A stretch of 64,000 nucleotides of DNA. It comes from Camelus dromedarius (taxonomy: Eukaryota). The notes below the pieces were generated by a model. It was not told where the DNA came from, did not search any database, and saw nothing but the letters and a program-made list of their open reading frames with translations. The DNA lies in assembly GCF_036321535.1 (NCBI RefSeq), contig NC_087447.1:38752001-38816000 (forward strand), given 5' to 3'. This document shows positions 11,981-24,562 of the stretch, one piece after another (the stretch's first letter is position 1; every line of letters starts with the position of its first letter). A program made the position numbers and the translations under genes.

Positions 11981-13600
11981 GCTCTTTAAGTATTTGCTGA
12001 GAATTGCCATGCTGTACTGTTTTCTTCTCTTCTCCAGGTTAGACATGATTTCTGAATCCCTCACCCTCCTGTTCTCTCTCCCAAGGGCATGCTGAAGCTT
12101 ATCATGAACCCTGAAAATGGCTGGCATCCAAACTGAAAACAGAATTTAAGGTATGGCCATGTTATCTCAGAAGAGTCTATATCCTTCCCATCTAAACATG
12201 GCCACATCATGCTATCAGTTTACACTGACTTTCTCCCTCATTTCATTATGAAAATTTTCAGACATACAAAAAAAACTGAAAGACTTTTAGAGTCAACATC
12301 CATATATCCACTACAGGAGTCCACAATGAAAATTTTGTGACACTTGCTTTATCACAAATCCACCTATCACCCTATCATGCCATTAGTCCTTATTTGTTTG
12401 ATGTGTTTCCAACTAAGTTGAAGACAGCCACACTGACCTTTCAGCCAATCAAAATCTCCAAATCCTTACTTGCTCCCTCCTCCAACCTATTTCTTTCCCA
12501 TCTCGAGCTCGGTCCTGAAATACAGTTCTCATTTACATTTACTGGCATAGAAAAGCAGAATGGCATAGGGAAAACAGAATAGATTTTGAAGGTAAGTATA
12601 CCTGGGGAAGAGTCTAATTTCACTTCCAGCTATGTGATATTAGGCAAGTGACTCAATCTCTTGGAGTCTTGGTTTTTTTATAAAATGAAGACATTAAGAA
12701 GATCCACATTGCAGAGCTATTCAGAGGACAAGAGATTATCTATGGAAAGCATTTAGTATATTATCTGGCATGCAGTAGATGCTTAATAAATGATAGCTAA
12801 TATGATTTCATCCACCATTCCTGCCCATACGCATAATTTTGGATTCTTAATTTGTCATCCAAAGTTACATCATCGAGTCTATAGCCTGTATACAGGTCTG
12901 CTAGATCCTCATCCAGAAACTGATATGGATCATGACTGGGATAAGGACTGAATTTCCTGTCACTTATGAATATTGTTACTGTTAATAACTCTGATATTCA
13001 TTACAATAATACAGTAAAGTCCTAATAGGTATTGCTTAGAGATCTGACATTAACTATTCATTAGTGGTCTTTTGAGTCTTTCAACCTGTTATAAATCTAC
13101 CTTACTCCACTTTCACATCATCCATATTTGTCCTTATAATCTTTAAAGACATTACCAGTGCCTTTGTTCAATGCCTTGCTGATGATGAATGCATTTACTA
13201 CATCTCCCATCTTTCCTTTTTCTACCAGCCTAGTAACATTTTCATTACAGAAAAGTTATCTGCTTGGCAGTTTCTGTGCAAACTCATGGCAGTTCCTAGT
13301 AATCAACTCTTTTTCTTTTTTTAAACATGCTTAAACCTGTCTCTTAGAAAATCTTTTGTTGGAGAGACTAATAGTTGTCTAAACAGTCCACTTCTCTCCT
13401 TCCTTACTAGCAAATCCCTGGTCTTTTGGGGGGCAGGGAGCAATGTGCCCAACTGAAAAATGACATTCTCCACTCGTTTCAGATTCTGGTGGACCATCTG
13501 ACACATTCTGTCCAATGAGAGACAGGTTGCTGGGTAGAGCTTTGGAGGAAAGCATCTTACAGGGTTGGGCTGGGACAGATGGCAGAGTTGATTTGTTCTT

Positions 13601-13788
13601 TTTCTTTTTTTAAATTTAGGTCTAGTCAGTTTACAATGTTGTGTCAATTTCAGATGTACAGCATAATATTTCAGTCATGCATATACATACATATATTTGT
13701 TTTCATGTTCTTTTTCATTATAGGTTACTACAAGATATTGAATATAGTTCCCTGTGCTATACAGAAGAAACTAGTTGTTTATCTATTC
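13601..13788 (-). mobile_element. Short L1 3' end inside an MLT1-type LTR (~13420-14055)
   Basis: Camelid L1 3' UTR text. TSD TTGATTTGTTCTT at 13588-13600 and 13789-13801. Confidence 0.85.
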
Positions 13789-15044
13789 TTGATTTGTTCT
13801 TGTCTTTCCCTTCTTTCTGTCTGGCACACAGAAACTCATGCTAGCCATACAGGAACTGTCTTGGGTCCATGAGGTGACAGCAGAGGGAAGACCAAGAGAA
13901 TCTCAGAGATTAAGTCCTGACATCCTTGTGCAGCTAAACGGATGCCTGCCTTAGAACTGCTCATATAATGAGAAAAATAGGTCTCTAAACTTTTTTTGGT
14001 TAAGCTACTCTTTTAGAGTTTCAATTACTAACAGACAAATGTGATTCCTAGGTAATACATCTGTCCTGGAATTCTGGCCAGGATGAACACCACCACTCTG
14101 TGGTTTGAAGTCTCCATCTTCTTCCATCAATAGAATCAAGATGCTATTTGATGATTTTCTAATTTCCAGCACCACTAAATTCCCCACAACTCCACTGTCT
14201 ATAGGCCAGCAATCTCATTGGTAACTTATCTTCAGGCACGGGTAAGTCATTTGTTTAGTCCAGAAGACTTGGCTTCATTTGGAGCTGAGTTTAGCTTTCC
14301 AATCATTTTTCTTGGACTCAGGTCTCTTGTACCAATATTGGTTTCACTCCCTCGAGTCCAAAGAGCATTCTCATTGATAAAGACAGAAGCCAAGCACAAA
14401 AGCAGCTGTTTTCCCTCTGTCAGCCATGACTCTCACTGCCCCTCCTTCAGCCACAAATGCTGCACCCTGCACTTCCTATCCTTCCAGACAGAAGAAAAAG
14501 TCTGTTTTGTTAATCTTGACATTTCTTGCACGCCTCTGCTCAGTTTAGTCTCCAGCATTCCTTACACAATTCCCAATATGTGTTTGCAGACTGAATGAAT
14601 ATATCTAATATATAAACAAACTAATGAATTCAGTCAACCATGGACATACAACAGGGAATGCTCAATCACTCCGAGAGTGCAGGCAGGGCTTGGGGTTTTG
14701 TTTCCACTACGTGAACAGTGTGGGCCGACTGCACATCTTGACCATATTTGTGTAGTCACATTTGCTGTTCAAAAACACTGGGGAGCCTTAGCAGAACATA
14801 CTTGAAAAACAATTGACAAAAGAAGTAAGTGCCTGAAATTATTATTTCTTGGGCTAGCCATCTTTCTGCCAGGCTAAATCCAAGTTCCTTCTCTGCTTTT
14901 GACTTCTAACTTGTTTTCTAAGAGTAGAGAATAGTTCCTTTCAAACTCGATCAGAAATAAACTCAATGGTCTATTTAGCATTCTGTATTCTAAAAGTCCT
15001 CATAATCTTTAATTTGAGAAAGTACCTGTATTAAGCAGGGCTTT

Positions 15045-15591
15045 AAAAAAATTTTTTAAGTGTAACTGATTTACAATATTAGTTTCAAGTGTACAGCAAA
15101 AGTGATTCAGTTATATACATACATAGATATTTTTTTCTTTTCAAATTCTTTTCCATTATAAGAAATTGAATATAGTTCCCTGTGCTATACAGTAGGTCCT
15201 TGTTGTTTATCTATTTTATATATAAGTAATGTTATGTCTGTTAATCCCCAACCCGTAATTTATCCCTCCCTACCCTTGCCCCTTTGGTAACCATAGTTTG
15301 TTTTGTATGTCCATGAGTCTATTTTTGGTTTGTAAATAGAATTTGTATCATTTTTTTACATTCCACATGTAAGTGATACCATATGATATCTGTCTTTCTC
15401 TGTCTGACTTACTTCACTCAATATGATGATCTCTAGGTCCATCCATGTTGTTGCAGATGGTACTATCTCATTCTTTTTAATGGCTGAGAAATAGTCATAT
15501 ACACACACACACCTACATACTACATCTCCTTTATCCAGTCTGTTGATGGACATTTAGGTTGTTTCCATGTCTTGGTTATTGTAAATAGTGC
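15045..15591 (-). mobile_element. 5'-truncated L1 3' end
   Basis: TWMDLEIIILSEVSQ motif (ORF 15356-15553). Approximate TSD AAGCAGGG on both sides. Confidence 0.88.
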
Positions 15592-15623
15592 AAGCAGGGG
15601 TCTTTTTGGTATGTGAAACCGAG

Positions 15624-15936
15624 CAGGGAATGACAAACTTTTTCAGATAATAAATATTTTAGGCTTTACAGGTGGTATGGTCTCTGTAGCAACCGCTCAA
15701 CTCTGCCATTATAGCGTGCAAGTAGCCATAGACAGTAAGTAGCAAATGTGCATGGCTATGTTCCAATAAAACTTTCTTGATGAACACTGAAATTTGAATT
15801 TCATATGTAATTTTCATGATTCATGAAATATTCATCTTCTTTTTTTTTTTTCAACCATTTAAAGATACAAAAACCATTCTCAGCTTCTGAAGCAGAAGGT
15901 TGGATTTGACCTGCATGTCATAGTTTGCTGATCTCT
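15624..15936. mobile_element. MER58B-like hAT-Charlie DNA transposon
   Basis: cagg...caaactttt...aaatattttaggcttt...ctcaactctgccatt...catagtttgctgatc pattern. Confidence 0.75.
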
Positions 15937-16975
15937 AAAACACAGATAACCTTAAGGCTAATTCAAGAAAAGAGTTCCTTTCTATAAAGCTATATTAAGG
16001 ACTTACAGGAACTGGAAAAGGAAAGTAGAAAGCTGTCAGGACCTCAGTCTACACTGTACCAAATGGTCTCCCTCATGGCTTCTCTGCATCATCCAGCACT
16101 TTGACTCCTTCTCTAAGCCCAGCTAGCTACCCTTCTGCACTCAGAGCCTCCACAGATAAATCAGTAGACAATTCAGTGTGGTTGGATAAATGCAGTGAAA
16201 TTGGTTTGCACAAGATATTATAGGGAACAACAGGAAGTTAGGGGTTCAAGAGTAAGGGCCAAGTTGAAGAAGGGTACTGGTGGTCAGAGGTTTGAGGAAT
16301 ATGTAGAAGGTCTGGAATGGTCTGTGTGGAGAATGAGCTAGGAATCAGACAGAAGAAACAGAACACCTCCTATGGACCACTGAAGGCTCAAGTGATGCTG
16401 AGAGCTTCAGTCTTTGGTAGCTGTATTAACTGGGTCGCCTTTGGCAACAAGTAAGAAAAAATCTTCTCAAAGCAGTTTAAGCACCAAGTTCACTAGAATG
16501 CAAGTGTCCTAAGTGCAGGGAATCTGTCCATCTCGTTCACCACTCTGGCCCCAGTTTCTAGGACAATAAGCTGTTGCGTAGAAGGCATCCAGTAAACACG
16601 TGTTGAATGAACAAATGAATGCTCTCTCATAGCAGTAAAGAGCTCCAGGCTTGGTTAACTCAGCAGCTTACTGGCATCATCAAGGATTCAAGCTCAAAAG
16701 TCTATCTTTTGGTGTGTGGGCTTTGTCTTTCAAGCTAGTTTTTCATGGTTACAAGATGGCTGCTACAGTTCTGATCATTATAACAGACCCCAAAATGCCC
16801 AACAGAATGAAAAGAAGCGATCTACTCCTTAAGTCTCTTTTTGAGAGTGAAAAAAAACCCTTTTTAGAAGCCTCAAGAAACTTTGCCTCAGTTCTACTGG
16901 CTAGAAATGCATCACATACCAATGTCTAAACTAACCACTGGCAGGGGTAATGGAACCCCTGTGATCAGCTTAGAT

Positions 16976-17209
16976 CAGTGCTTCCCCACTGTATGTGATT
17001 TTGTGCCCCTATCCCCTGCCCACCAGGGCACATTGGCAGTGACTTGAGACATATTTGATTGTCATGATTGGGGAGGGGGTTGTAATGGCATCTAGTAGGT
17101 AGAAGCCAGGGACGCTGCTAAACCATTTTACAATGCATAGGACAGCCTCTACCACAAGAAAGAAGTCTCCAATTCAGAGTATCAGTAGTGCTGAGGTTAA
17201 GAAATTCTG
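16976..17209. mobile_element. MER20 hAT-Charlie element
   Basis: cagtg...ggcatctagtaggtagaagccagggacgctgctaaaccatttacaatgcatagg...ctgaggttaagaaattctg. Confidence 0.8.
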
Positions 17210-17339
17210 GTTTACACTGATCAGAATCTCCTCCTGGAGCTGAGCAGGAGCTCGTTTCCTTAAAGCATGCGGTCAGGGAGGAGCAGAAAATCTGTATCGA
17301 GTCAGGGTTCTCTAAGGCAGGAAGAAATAAAAAGGAGGT

Positions 17340-17520
17340 AGGGCTGTACAGCACAGGGAGCTATCTTCAATTTCTTGTAATGAACTGTAATGGAAAAGAA
17401 TCTGAAAAAAGTATTTATATGTATGTATAAATATAACTGAATCGCTTTGCTATACATCTGAAACTAACATTGTAAATCAGCTACACTTCAATAAAAAAAC
17501 AAGAATTTAAAATAAAAAAA
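17340..17520 (+). mobile_element. Short L1 3' end
   Basis: ctgtacagcacaggga...ctacacttcaataaaaa with A tail. Imperfect TSD (agg/tag)gtaggg. Confidence 0.75.
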
Positions 17521-18809
17521 AGTAGGTAGGGGATGGGGGAGATATGGATTCTGGGTAAGCAATCAACTGAGTCCACACCAGAAAGATTGATTGGATTTTC
17601 CAATTTAACAGAGTACCCAAGGAGTCTTTGGAAAGATTTTTTTTTTTTAAGAAATACAGAACAAAGAGTTCCTGCCTTTGGGGACAAATAAAAATTATAA
17701 CCTGATAGCCATTCACCACTTCAATAAATACACACATGGAAAGTGTAGGAGGAACTGATGTTCACTGATCACTTACTGTGAGTTCCAGCACCAGGAGCAC
17801 CTAAGATGTACCGAAGCCATGCCAGATACTTGCACGTATCACACCGTGTCATCCTCACCACTACACAGCAAGGCATGTGTTATCATCTGTGTTTACAGAT
17901 GAGGAAGCTCAGGCCCAGGAGTGATCCCCATGTAAGTCAAAGAGCTAGGATTCTCCATCTCACTCTGCACTTGAAACCCCTTCTCTGAGTTTAGGATCCA
18001 TCAGAAGATGCAGCAGTTCCAGAAGGAGCATTGCTAGAGAGGATACCACGTGCTGACTCATGATCTCTGGATACCTTACAGCATCTTCCAAGGGCAAACA
18101 GGCTGGGCCAGAACTGCTCTGGAGAAAGTGCCTCTCTTGACAGAGATCTTCCTTTTTAAGAGCTTCCAAGACCCAGGACAATCTCCCAATTTAAAACTCT
18201 GTGAATTAAATGCTTTCTTTAAGGACTTTTCCTCTGCCTCCCTCCTTAGCACATACTCTTTTTTTTTTTTTTTTTAATCACTCTGCTTTCTCAGTCTGAT
18301 GGGGGAAAAAAAATTCAGGAGTGATAGAAAATAGAGCCACAATTTTCCTGAAGTATCCCTGGAAGACAGTATCCGGGCACTAGAGTGTTCACCTATTTGC
18401 TGTTGAACATCTTCCCTGAGAAGCCCTCTCTTGCTTCCTGGAGTTAGGACTCAGCCTGGGTTTCCTGGCGCACATGCTGGGGAGAGAAGGGGGCTGGGCC
18501 CAGCATCTAAACCCAGCAGAATTGAATGTCTTTGTCCCATACGAGACCACTGAGCACCATGGTGATTCTCAGTTCTCACTCAGGGGTGTTACAAAGGTTC
18601 TCTCCCTCCCTCTTTATTCCCTCGGACTCTTCTGTTTATTTTGGAAGAAGGAGGGTCCTGTGGTCGGCAGGTTGCAGGTTTGGGACTGTGTCTTAAAATG
18701 AACAAGAAAGCAAAGGGAACTTAACTATTATGCATGCTAGGTCCCAGCAAAGCGTTTGGTTCCAACCTCACAGTAAGTGCTACTCTGTGCTGCCAGACTT
18801 CAGGCACAT

Positions 18810-19239
18810 TCTTTTATTTTATTTTCCAAACACCTCTATTGTGGTATGGCTCCTGTACAGTGAACTACACATATTTCAGGTGTACAACGAGATGAACTTT
18901 GATAGATGTATACACCCATGAAACCACCACCACATCAAGATAGGTAACATTTCCATCACCCCCCCAAGAGGTGCAATTTTCAAATTCTCAATTTATCCCT
19001 TCCCACCCCTTTTTCCCCGTAGTAACCGTAAGTTTGTTCTCTATGTCTGTGAGTCTGTATCTGTTTTGTAGGTAAGTTCATTTGTGTCCTTTTTTTTTTT
19101 AGATTCCACATATAAGTGATATTATATGGTATTTTTCTTTCTCTTTCTGGCTTACTTCACTTAGAATGAGAATCTCCAGGTCCATCCATATTGCTGTAAA
19201 TGGCATTATTTTATTCTTTTTATGGGTCAGTAATATACC

Positions 19240-19289
<50 letters not shown>

Positions 19290-19445
19290 CACACATACAC
19301 TCACATATACCACATCTTCTTTATCCAGTCATCTGTAGATGGACATTTGGGTTGCTTCCATGTCTTGGCTATTGTAAATAGTGCTGCCGTGAACAGTGGG
19401 ATGCATGTGTCTTTTTGAATGATATTTTTCTCTGGATATATGTCT
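18810..19445 (-). mobile_element. L1 3' fragments (older and younger) containing a (TG)n microsatellite at ~19242-19286
   Basis: WMDLEILILSEVSQKEK ORF remnant, L1 3' UTR text and a TG run. Confidence 0.85.
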
Positions 19446-21074
19446 GACACATTCTTAAAACACAAGTTGGACACAGTGGAAAGCCAGGAGCTTTTAACAC
19501 AACTCTTTTGACTTAAGTTATCCCACCTATAATAGATCTCACTTCTCAGGGTCAGTGTGGGAAATCACATGAAATATAGGTTCCAGGTTCAAAATATACA
19601 GTTATACAGGTTCATCAGTTAATTAATTTGTGTCGAGCTCTCCTGACTGGGACTCAGTTTCACACCTCTCACTGAGATACTTTCCCTGCGTGCCCCTGTG
19701 ATGGTGATCTTTTGCCATGTAACAATCCACCACAGGACACGCCCGCCTACAACGACTAATGTTTTAATGACTCATGACTCTGTGGGTCAGCAAATTAGGT
19801 TGGGCTCGGGTGGGTGGTTCCCACGTGGGTTTTACCTGGGGTCACTTCCCACAGCTGCAGTCATCTGGTGGCAACACTATGACTGGATGGTCCGAAATGG
19901 CTTCACCTGTGTTGGTGCTGACTGTTGACTGGGACACGTGCCTCCAGAAGGCTAGCCTGGGCTTCTCTTGGTTGATGGGCTCCAAAAGCAGCAAGAGAGA
20001 CAGCAAGCACCAAGGTGCAGGCTCGAGCCTCAGCTTGCCTCCAGTTTGCTAACATCCATCTGACAGTGTAAAAAAGTACCATGGAGGCAGTGGAGGAAGG
20101 CAGGGATGAGGGAAGCATAATTCTAAGGAGCCACTCCATCACCATCTGCCAGGCCCCTTCCTCCTGGTAACACATTCTTTGCTTCTCACTGGATCTCCCA
20201 GAAATAGACTAGTTGTTCAATGGATGGAAACCTCAGTGACAAAACTCAGTTTGGCTGAACCCAGAATAATTCTGTTGAACCTCCCCCAACCCTTCTTGCT
20301 GGATGGTAGAATTTTAAATTTAATTTTTAGTTGCCTCCCCTCCCCCACTTCCAGAAAATCCCATTCGAGTGCCAGAATTGGGGAAGCCTTGTCTGCTCTG
20401 AGTTGTGTTCTATCTATGATGGCATTTGTGAGATGTTCTGGCTCTTCAGCAGAGGTTCCCTGTGGTCCCCTTGAGGTCTGGCCCCCTGGCAGCTACTTTT
20501 CTATCCTTCTGGTCCACTACTGTTTTATTCGCACCGGGCCATGGGAATCTCATGAGGACTGTTTAAGGTCCTCTCCAGACACTCTGCAGCAGTTTCCTTT
20601 CTGAGGTTTTTTGGGTTCCACACAGGAAACAAGGAAGACAAGGGTCTTCTCTCTCTCCATTTCCCCCAACGTTTCTGGGGCATCTTCCCTTCCCTGAGCT
20701 TAGCCTGACTGGAGGGGAAGCCAGCCCTTTCTTCAGAGATCTACAATGTCGATGGACGCATCCCTTTGCTTCCGACTCCCCCTCCCCACCCCAGGGACTC
20801 TTTCTAGCTGGAGGTAAGCATAGCCTGGCTCTCACTCAAGCCCAGAGTTCTCCCTGTCACCACTGAAGATTAGCTTTCTTTACTTAGAAGAAGATATTGG
20901 AGCTAAGGGAATGGAGTGGTTGGGGGGGGAGGGGTGGTGGTGATAGTAGTAAGTCATTTTCCAGGACTAATATCTTGGTCCTTTTTCAAGCCATGGTAAC
21001 AGAGTCCCACTGGAATGATTTTGTCTTACTACTATTTCACTATTAATGGTCATTTTTTTAAAAGTCTGCAACTT

Positions 21075-21585
21075 TGTATCAGTTTTCTATTGCTGCATAA
21101 CAAATTACCCACAAACACTGCTGCTTAAAACGTTGCTTATCTCAGTTTCCATAGGTCAGGAGTCTGACTGCAACTCAGCTGGGTCCTCTGCTCAGGGCCT
21201 CACAAGGCTGCATCAAAGTGTCAGCCAGGGCTCTGATCTTATCTGAGACTCAGGGTTCTTGTCCAGGTTCACGTAGTTGGAGGCCGAATTCATTTCCTGG
21301 CAGCTGTAAAACTCTTGGTGACTTGCTTCTTCAAAACCAGCAGGAGAATCCTTCATTTAGTTGAAGCAGACCCACCCAGGATAACGTCCCTTATGACGAA
21401 CTCAAAATCAACTAATTTGGGACCTTAATTACATTTGCAAAATCCTTTTACTTTTGCCATACAGCTTACTAGAGTGAAATCCATCATATTCCCAAGCCCC
21501 AGCCACACTCCAGGGGAGGGGCTTCTACAGGACATGCATAACAGGCAGCCAGGATTTGGGCCATCCTAGGATTCTGCCTACCACA
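21075..21585 (-). mobile_element. MaLR solo LTR (MLT1D/E-like)
   Basis: tgtatcagttttctattgctgcataacaaattaccc ... attctgcctaccaca termini. Confidence 0.75.
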
Positions 21586-24439
21586 CACTTGCATGCTTGC
21601 TCAAGGCCAGACACTATGGTATGCACTTTTATGAACATTGTGTTGTTATAAAGATGAGCAACTAAATTATATCACCTGTCTGAGGTCAACATTACTTATG
21701 GCTGTCAGTCTCCTGGTTTAAAAGCTGTGGTATTCTGCCTTATACTGGTGTTAAGAAGGCTTTTGTAGTTTTAAGCCAGGAAGATACCAAGTCCTAGAAC
21801 AGATGGATAAGCCCCTGTTAAAACAAGACAGGCCATGCTGAGACTGGGTGAAGGGCTCCGGACAATGACTGAAGAAAAGGCAAAGGAAGTATATATTGTA
21901 TACTTATGTGCAAGACATTAGACCAGATTCTTTTATAGGTTTCAACTTTTATATTATCATAGTCCTGCAAGTAGGTATTAGTAGCCCCATTCTGAAGAAT
22001 GAGGAAACTGGGGCTCAGAAAGCTTCTGTACTTTTCTTGAAGCCACAGAGGCAGTCCATAGCAGAGACAGATCTTGATCCAAGACTGTCGTCGGAGCAAA
22101 CAAAACACCTTTGCAACATCCTGCAGCCAGTGTAGGTGGATGAGAATGTTCTCAAGGTACGCAGATTTTGTAAGTTATAAATAATTCCGGGTCTCCGAGC
22201 CTTCTCTCTTTTCTGGACTGGGGGTGCAAACCAAGGAGCGACAGAGACTGTCACATTGATCTGTGGGACTCCCTGACGTTTGTGTTCAGCCTAGGGAAAT
22301 GGAAGCTGCACAGCAGCCCCACTGTGTGTTGTGCTTCTTACGAGGCAGAGAATTAGCCCCTGGTGTTCGGGTGCCCCCTTCATCTCTAGGAACCACAGCA
22401 ACCACACCCTTGCCCCTGCAGATGTCTCTCCAAACCCATCTTCCACTCACAGCCCTCGGCAATGCCAGCCTCTCCCTTTGTTTAAGAGGCACTAACAACA
22501 TTTCCATTCAGCACATCTTTCTTCTAGAAAGTGTCCTGACAGCTTTACTACTTTGGGTTCTTTACGGGGCAGTGGAAGAGCGAGGGCGGAAGAAAATCAA
22601 TAGCAGGCAATGGAGGGCGCAGGAGAGGGCTCAGTGCCAGTGCTCCCTAACCCCCTTCACCGCCCCTGCCCTGGCCCCTGTCAAAGCTAACTGTACACAG
22701 ATTTAAAACTGCTGCCCAAGAACTGGAGGGCATCAGGAGTGAGCTGACCAGACCCCCGGAGGCTTATAGGGAAATGTCATGACCACAGATCTATTTGCTC
22801 AGGACCTCCCGGCTTCTGGGAAGGGAGTGGGACTCCACCTGGGGTGATGAAGAATCTCTGAAAGGAACTGGTTGGCAGAGAGCTGTGGCCCCTCCTTCTG
22901 GAAGCGGCGCTAGGAATTGAGTGAGGATGTAAAAGAGAAGTGGGATCCTTTGTGGCAGGAGTGATGGGGCGGCAGATTGGCAAGAAGCAACGAGGGGTGA
23001 TGAAGTCAGATGTTCAACTTCAGAGGTCGGAGAGCCTTGAACTCTGTTAAAAAGGGAGGCAGAGTTTCCTCATGCCAGCTGCCCACATCAGGAAGGGACC
23101 GTAGCATCCTTAGTGGACAAATGAGCCCCTGGCTCCACCTGAGTCCCCTCTGTAGACACAGCATCCTGGGGGCTAGGTGCTACCCTGGAGCAGAGCTGGC
23201 CTCTCCCAGCTAGCCCCAGGGGAGAGATGTTAAGCTAAAGGATGGTTGGGAGAAGAGTAAATAGTACCTTGCAACCCCTTCTTAAGTGGAACTCCCATGA
23301 GAGGAAAGCAACTTCCATCATGGCCTTAGGGTAAATTCCCAAGCAGCTCTACTGCTGTGTGTTAAAAGAGAAGATGACTGTTAAATGGTATTGCCCTTTT
23401 GTGGCTATTACCATCCAGTGCCAATTCCCTGCCCACGGGCTTGCCAGCTTACACCATCCCAGGAAATGGAGCTGTCTCCCTGCAGACAGGGGTTTTCTTA
23501 TTTTTAAAAATTTTGCTTATGTTAATAACATTCTCATTGTAATTTGCATCGCTTTGCTGATCAGTGAGGTGAAATGTTATTTTCCTAGATTTGTGTTCTT
23601 TTCTTGAGTGAATAACCTGACTGGGAAAGTGGGGGAGAAGTGCCAATGAGAAGAAAAGAAAAAAAGAAGGGTGAGCAAGAGGGAAAAGGAAAAATCGGAG
23701 AAAGAACTAAAAAAACTCCTTCAACTAAAGTTGGAGTAGTACAAAACACACAGAATCCATAGTCACCCTCTCCCTCAATTAAATCACAACTCTACCACTT
23801 AATAGATATGTAATCTTGGGCAAGTCACTTCAATTTCCCTGTAAAATGCAGATAATAATAGCTCTTGATTCATAGGATGATTTATAAAGGTTGAATGAGC
23901 TAATGTATGAAAAGCACTTACATTAGTGCCTAATAATGATTACTACAGTGATAATAATTACTATAAATACATACAATTTCTATTTATAATTATATTATCA
24001 ATTTAATAAATTTATCATTTATATAATTAATATACCATTTATATAATTTATTTTGCTATTACTATAATTATTATTATCCAAGCACCAACCTAGGCAGTTT
24101 TTGTAGGTTCTGATAATAGATTTATAATGATGCCCAAGCAACAAGATGATGAACAGAGTGTCTGAACATGGGCAAGCCTGGAGATGAGTCATGGGTCTGC
24201 TATCTACTGGTTATTTTATTTAAACACTTAGAGATTCCATTTTCTCATTTATTAAATTCAGGGTAAAAACAACTGGCTAGCAGAATATATGCAAAAATTA
24301 AATAGCATAGACAAAAGCCTTTAGCACAGTGCCTGGCAAGTAGGAGTTGAAGTTGCAATAGTTGGAAGAGCAATTAATAGTCAGAGAGCATTGCTACCCC
24401 GGGCCATGTGTGAAACAATTCGCATATATTCTCATTTTA

Positions 24440-24562
24440 TTGGTTTGTTTGGTGGGGGAGGTAATTATGTTTATTTATTTACTTAATGAAGGTACCAGGG
24501 ATTGAACCCAGGACCTCATGCAAGCTAAGCACACTCTCTACCATTGAGCTATATCCTCCCCC
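24440..24562 (-). mobile_element. Camelid-type tRNA-derived SINE inside a MIR
   Basis: gggattgaacccaggacctc...ctctaccattgagctatatcctcccc. Imperfect TSD cata(t/g)at(t)ctcatttt. Confidence 0.85.

Larger units (their letters stand above)
10420..14560 (-). mobile_element. Ancient L3/CR1 LINE, fragmented by later insertions
   Basis: CR1-like segments at ~10460-10555 (acagaacaagcccaactctcttcc), ~12000-12230, ~12800-13330 (aatgccttgctg...tctaccagcctagtaac) and ~14050-14560. Confidence 0.55.
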
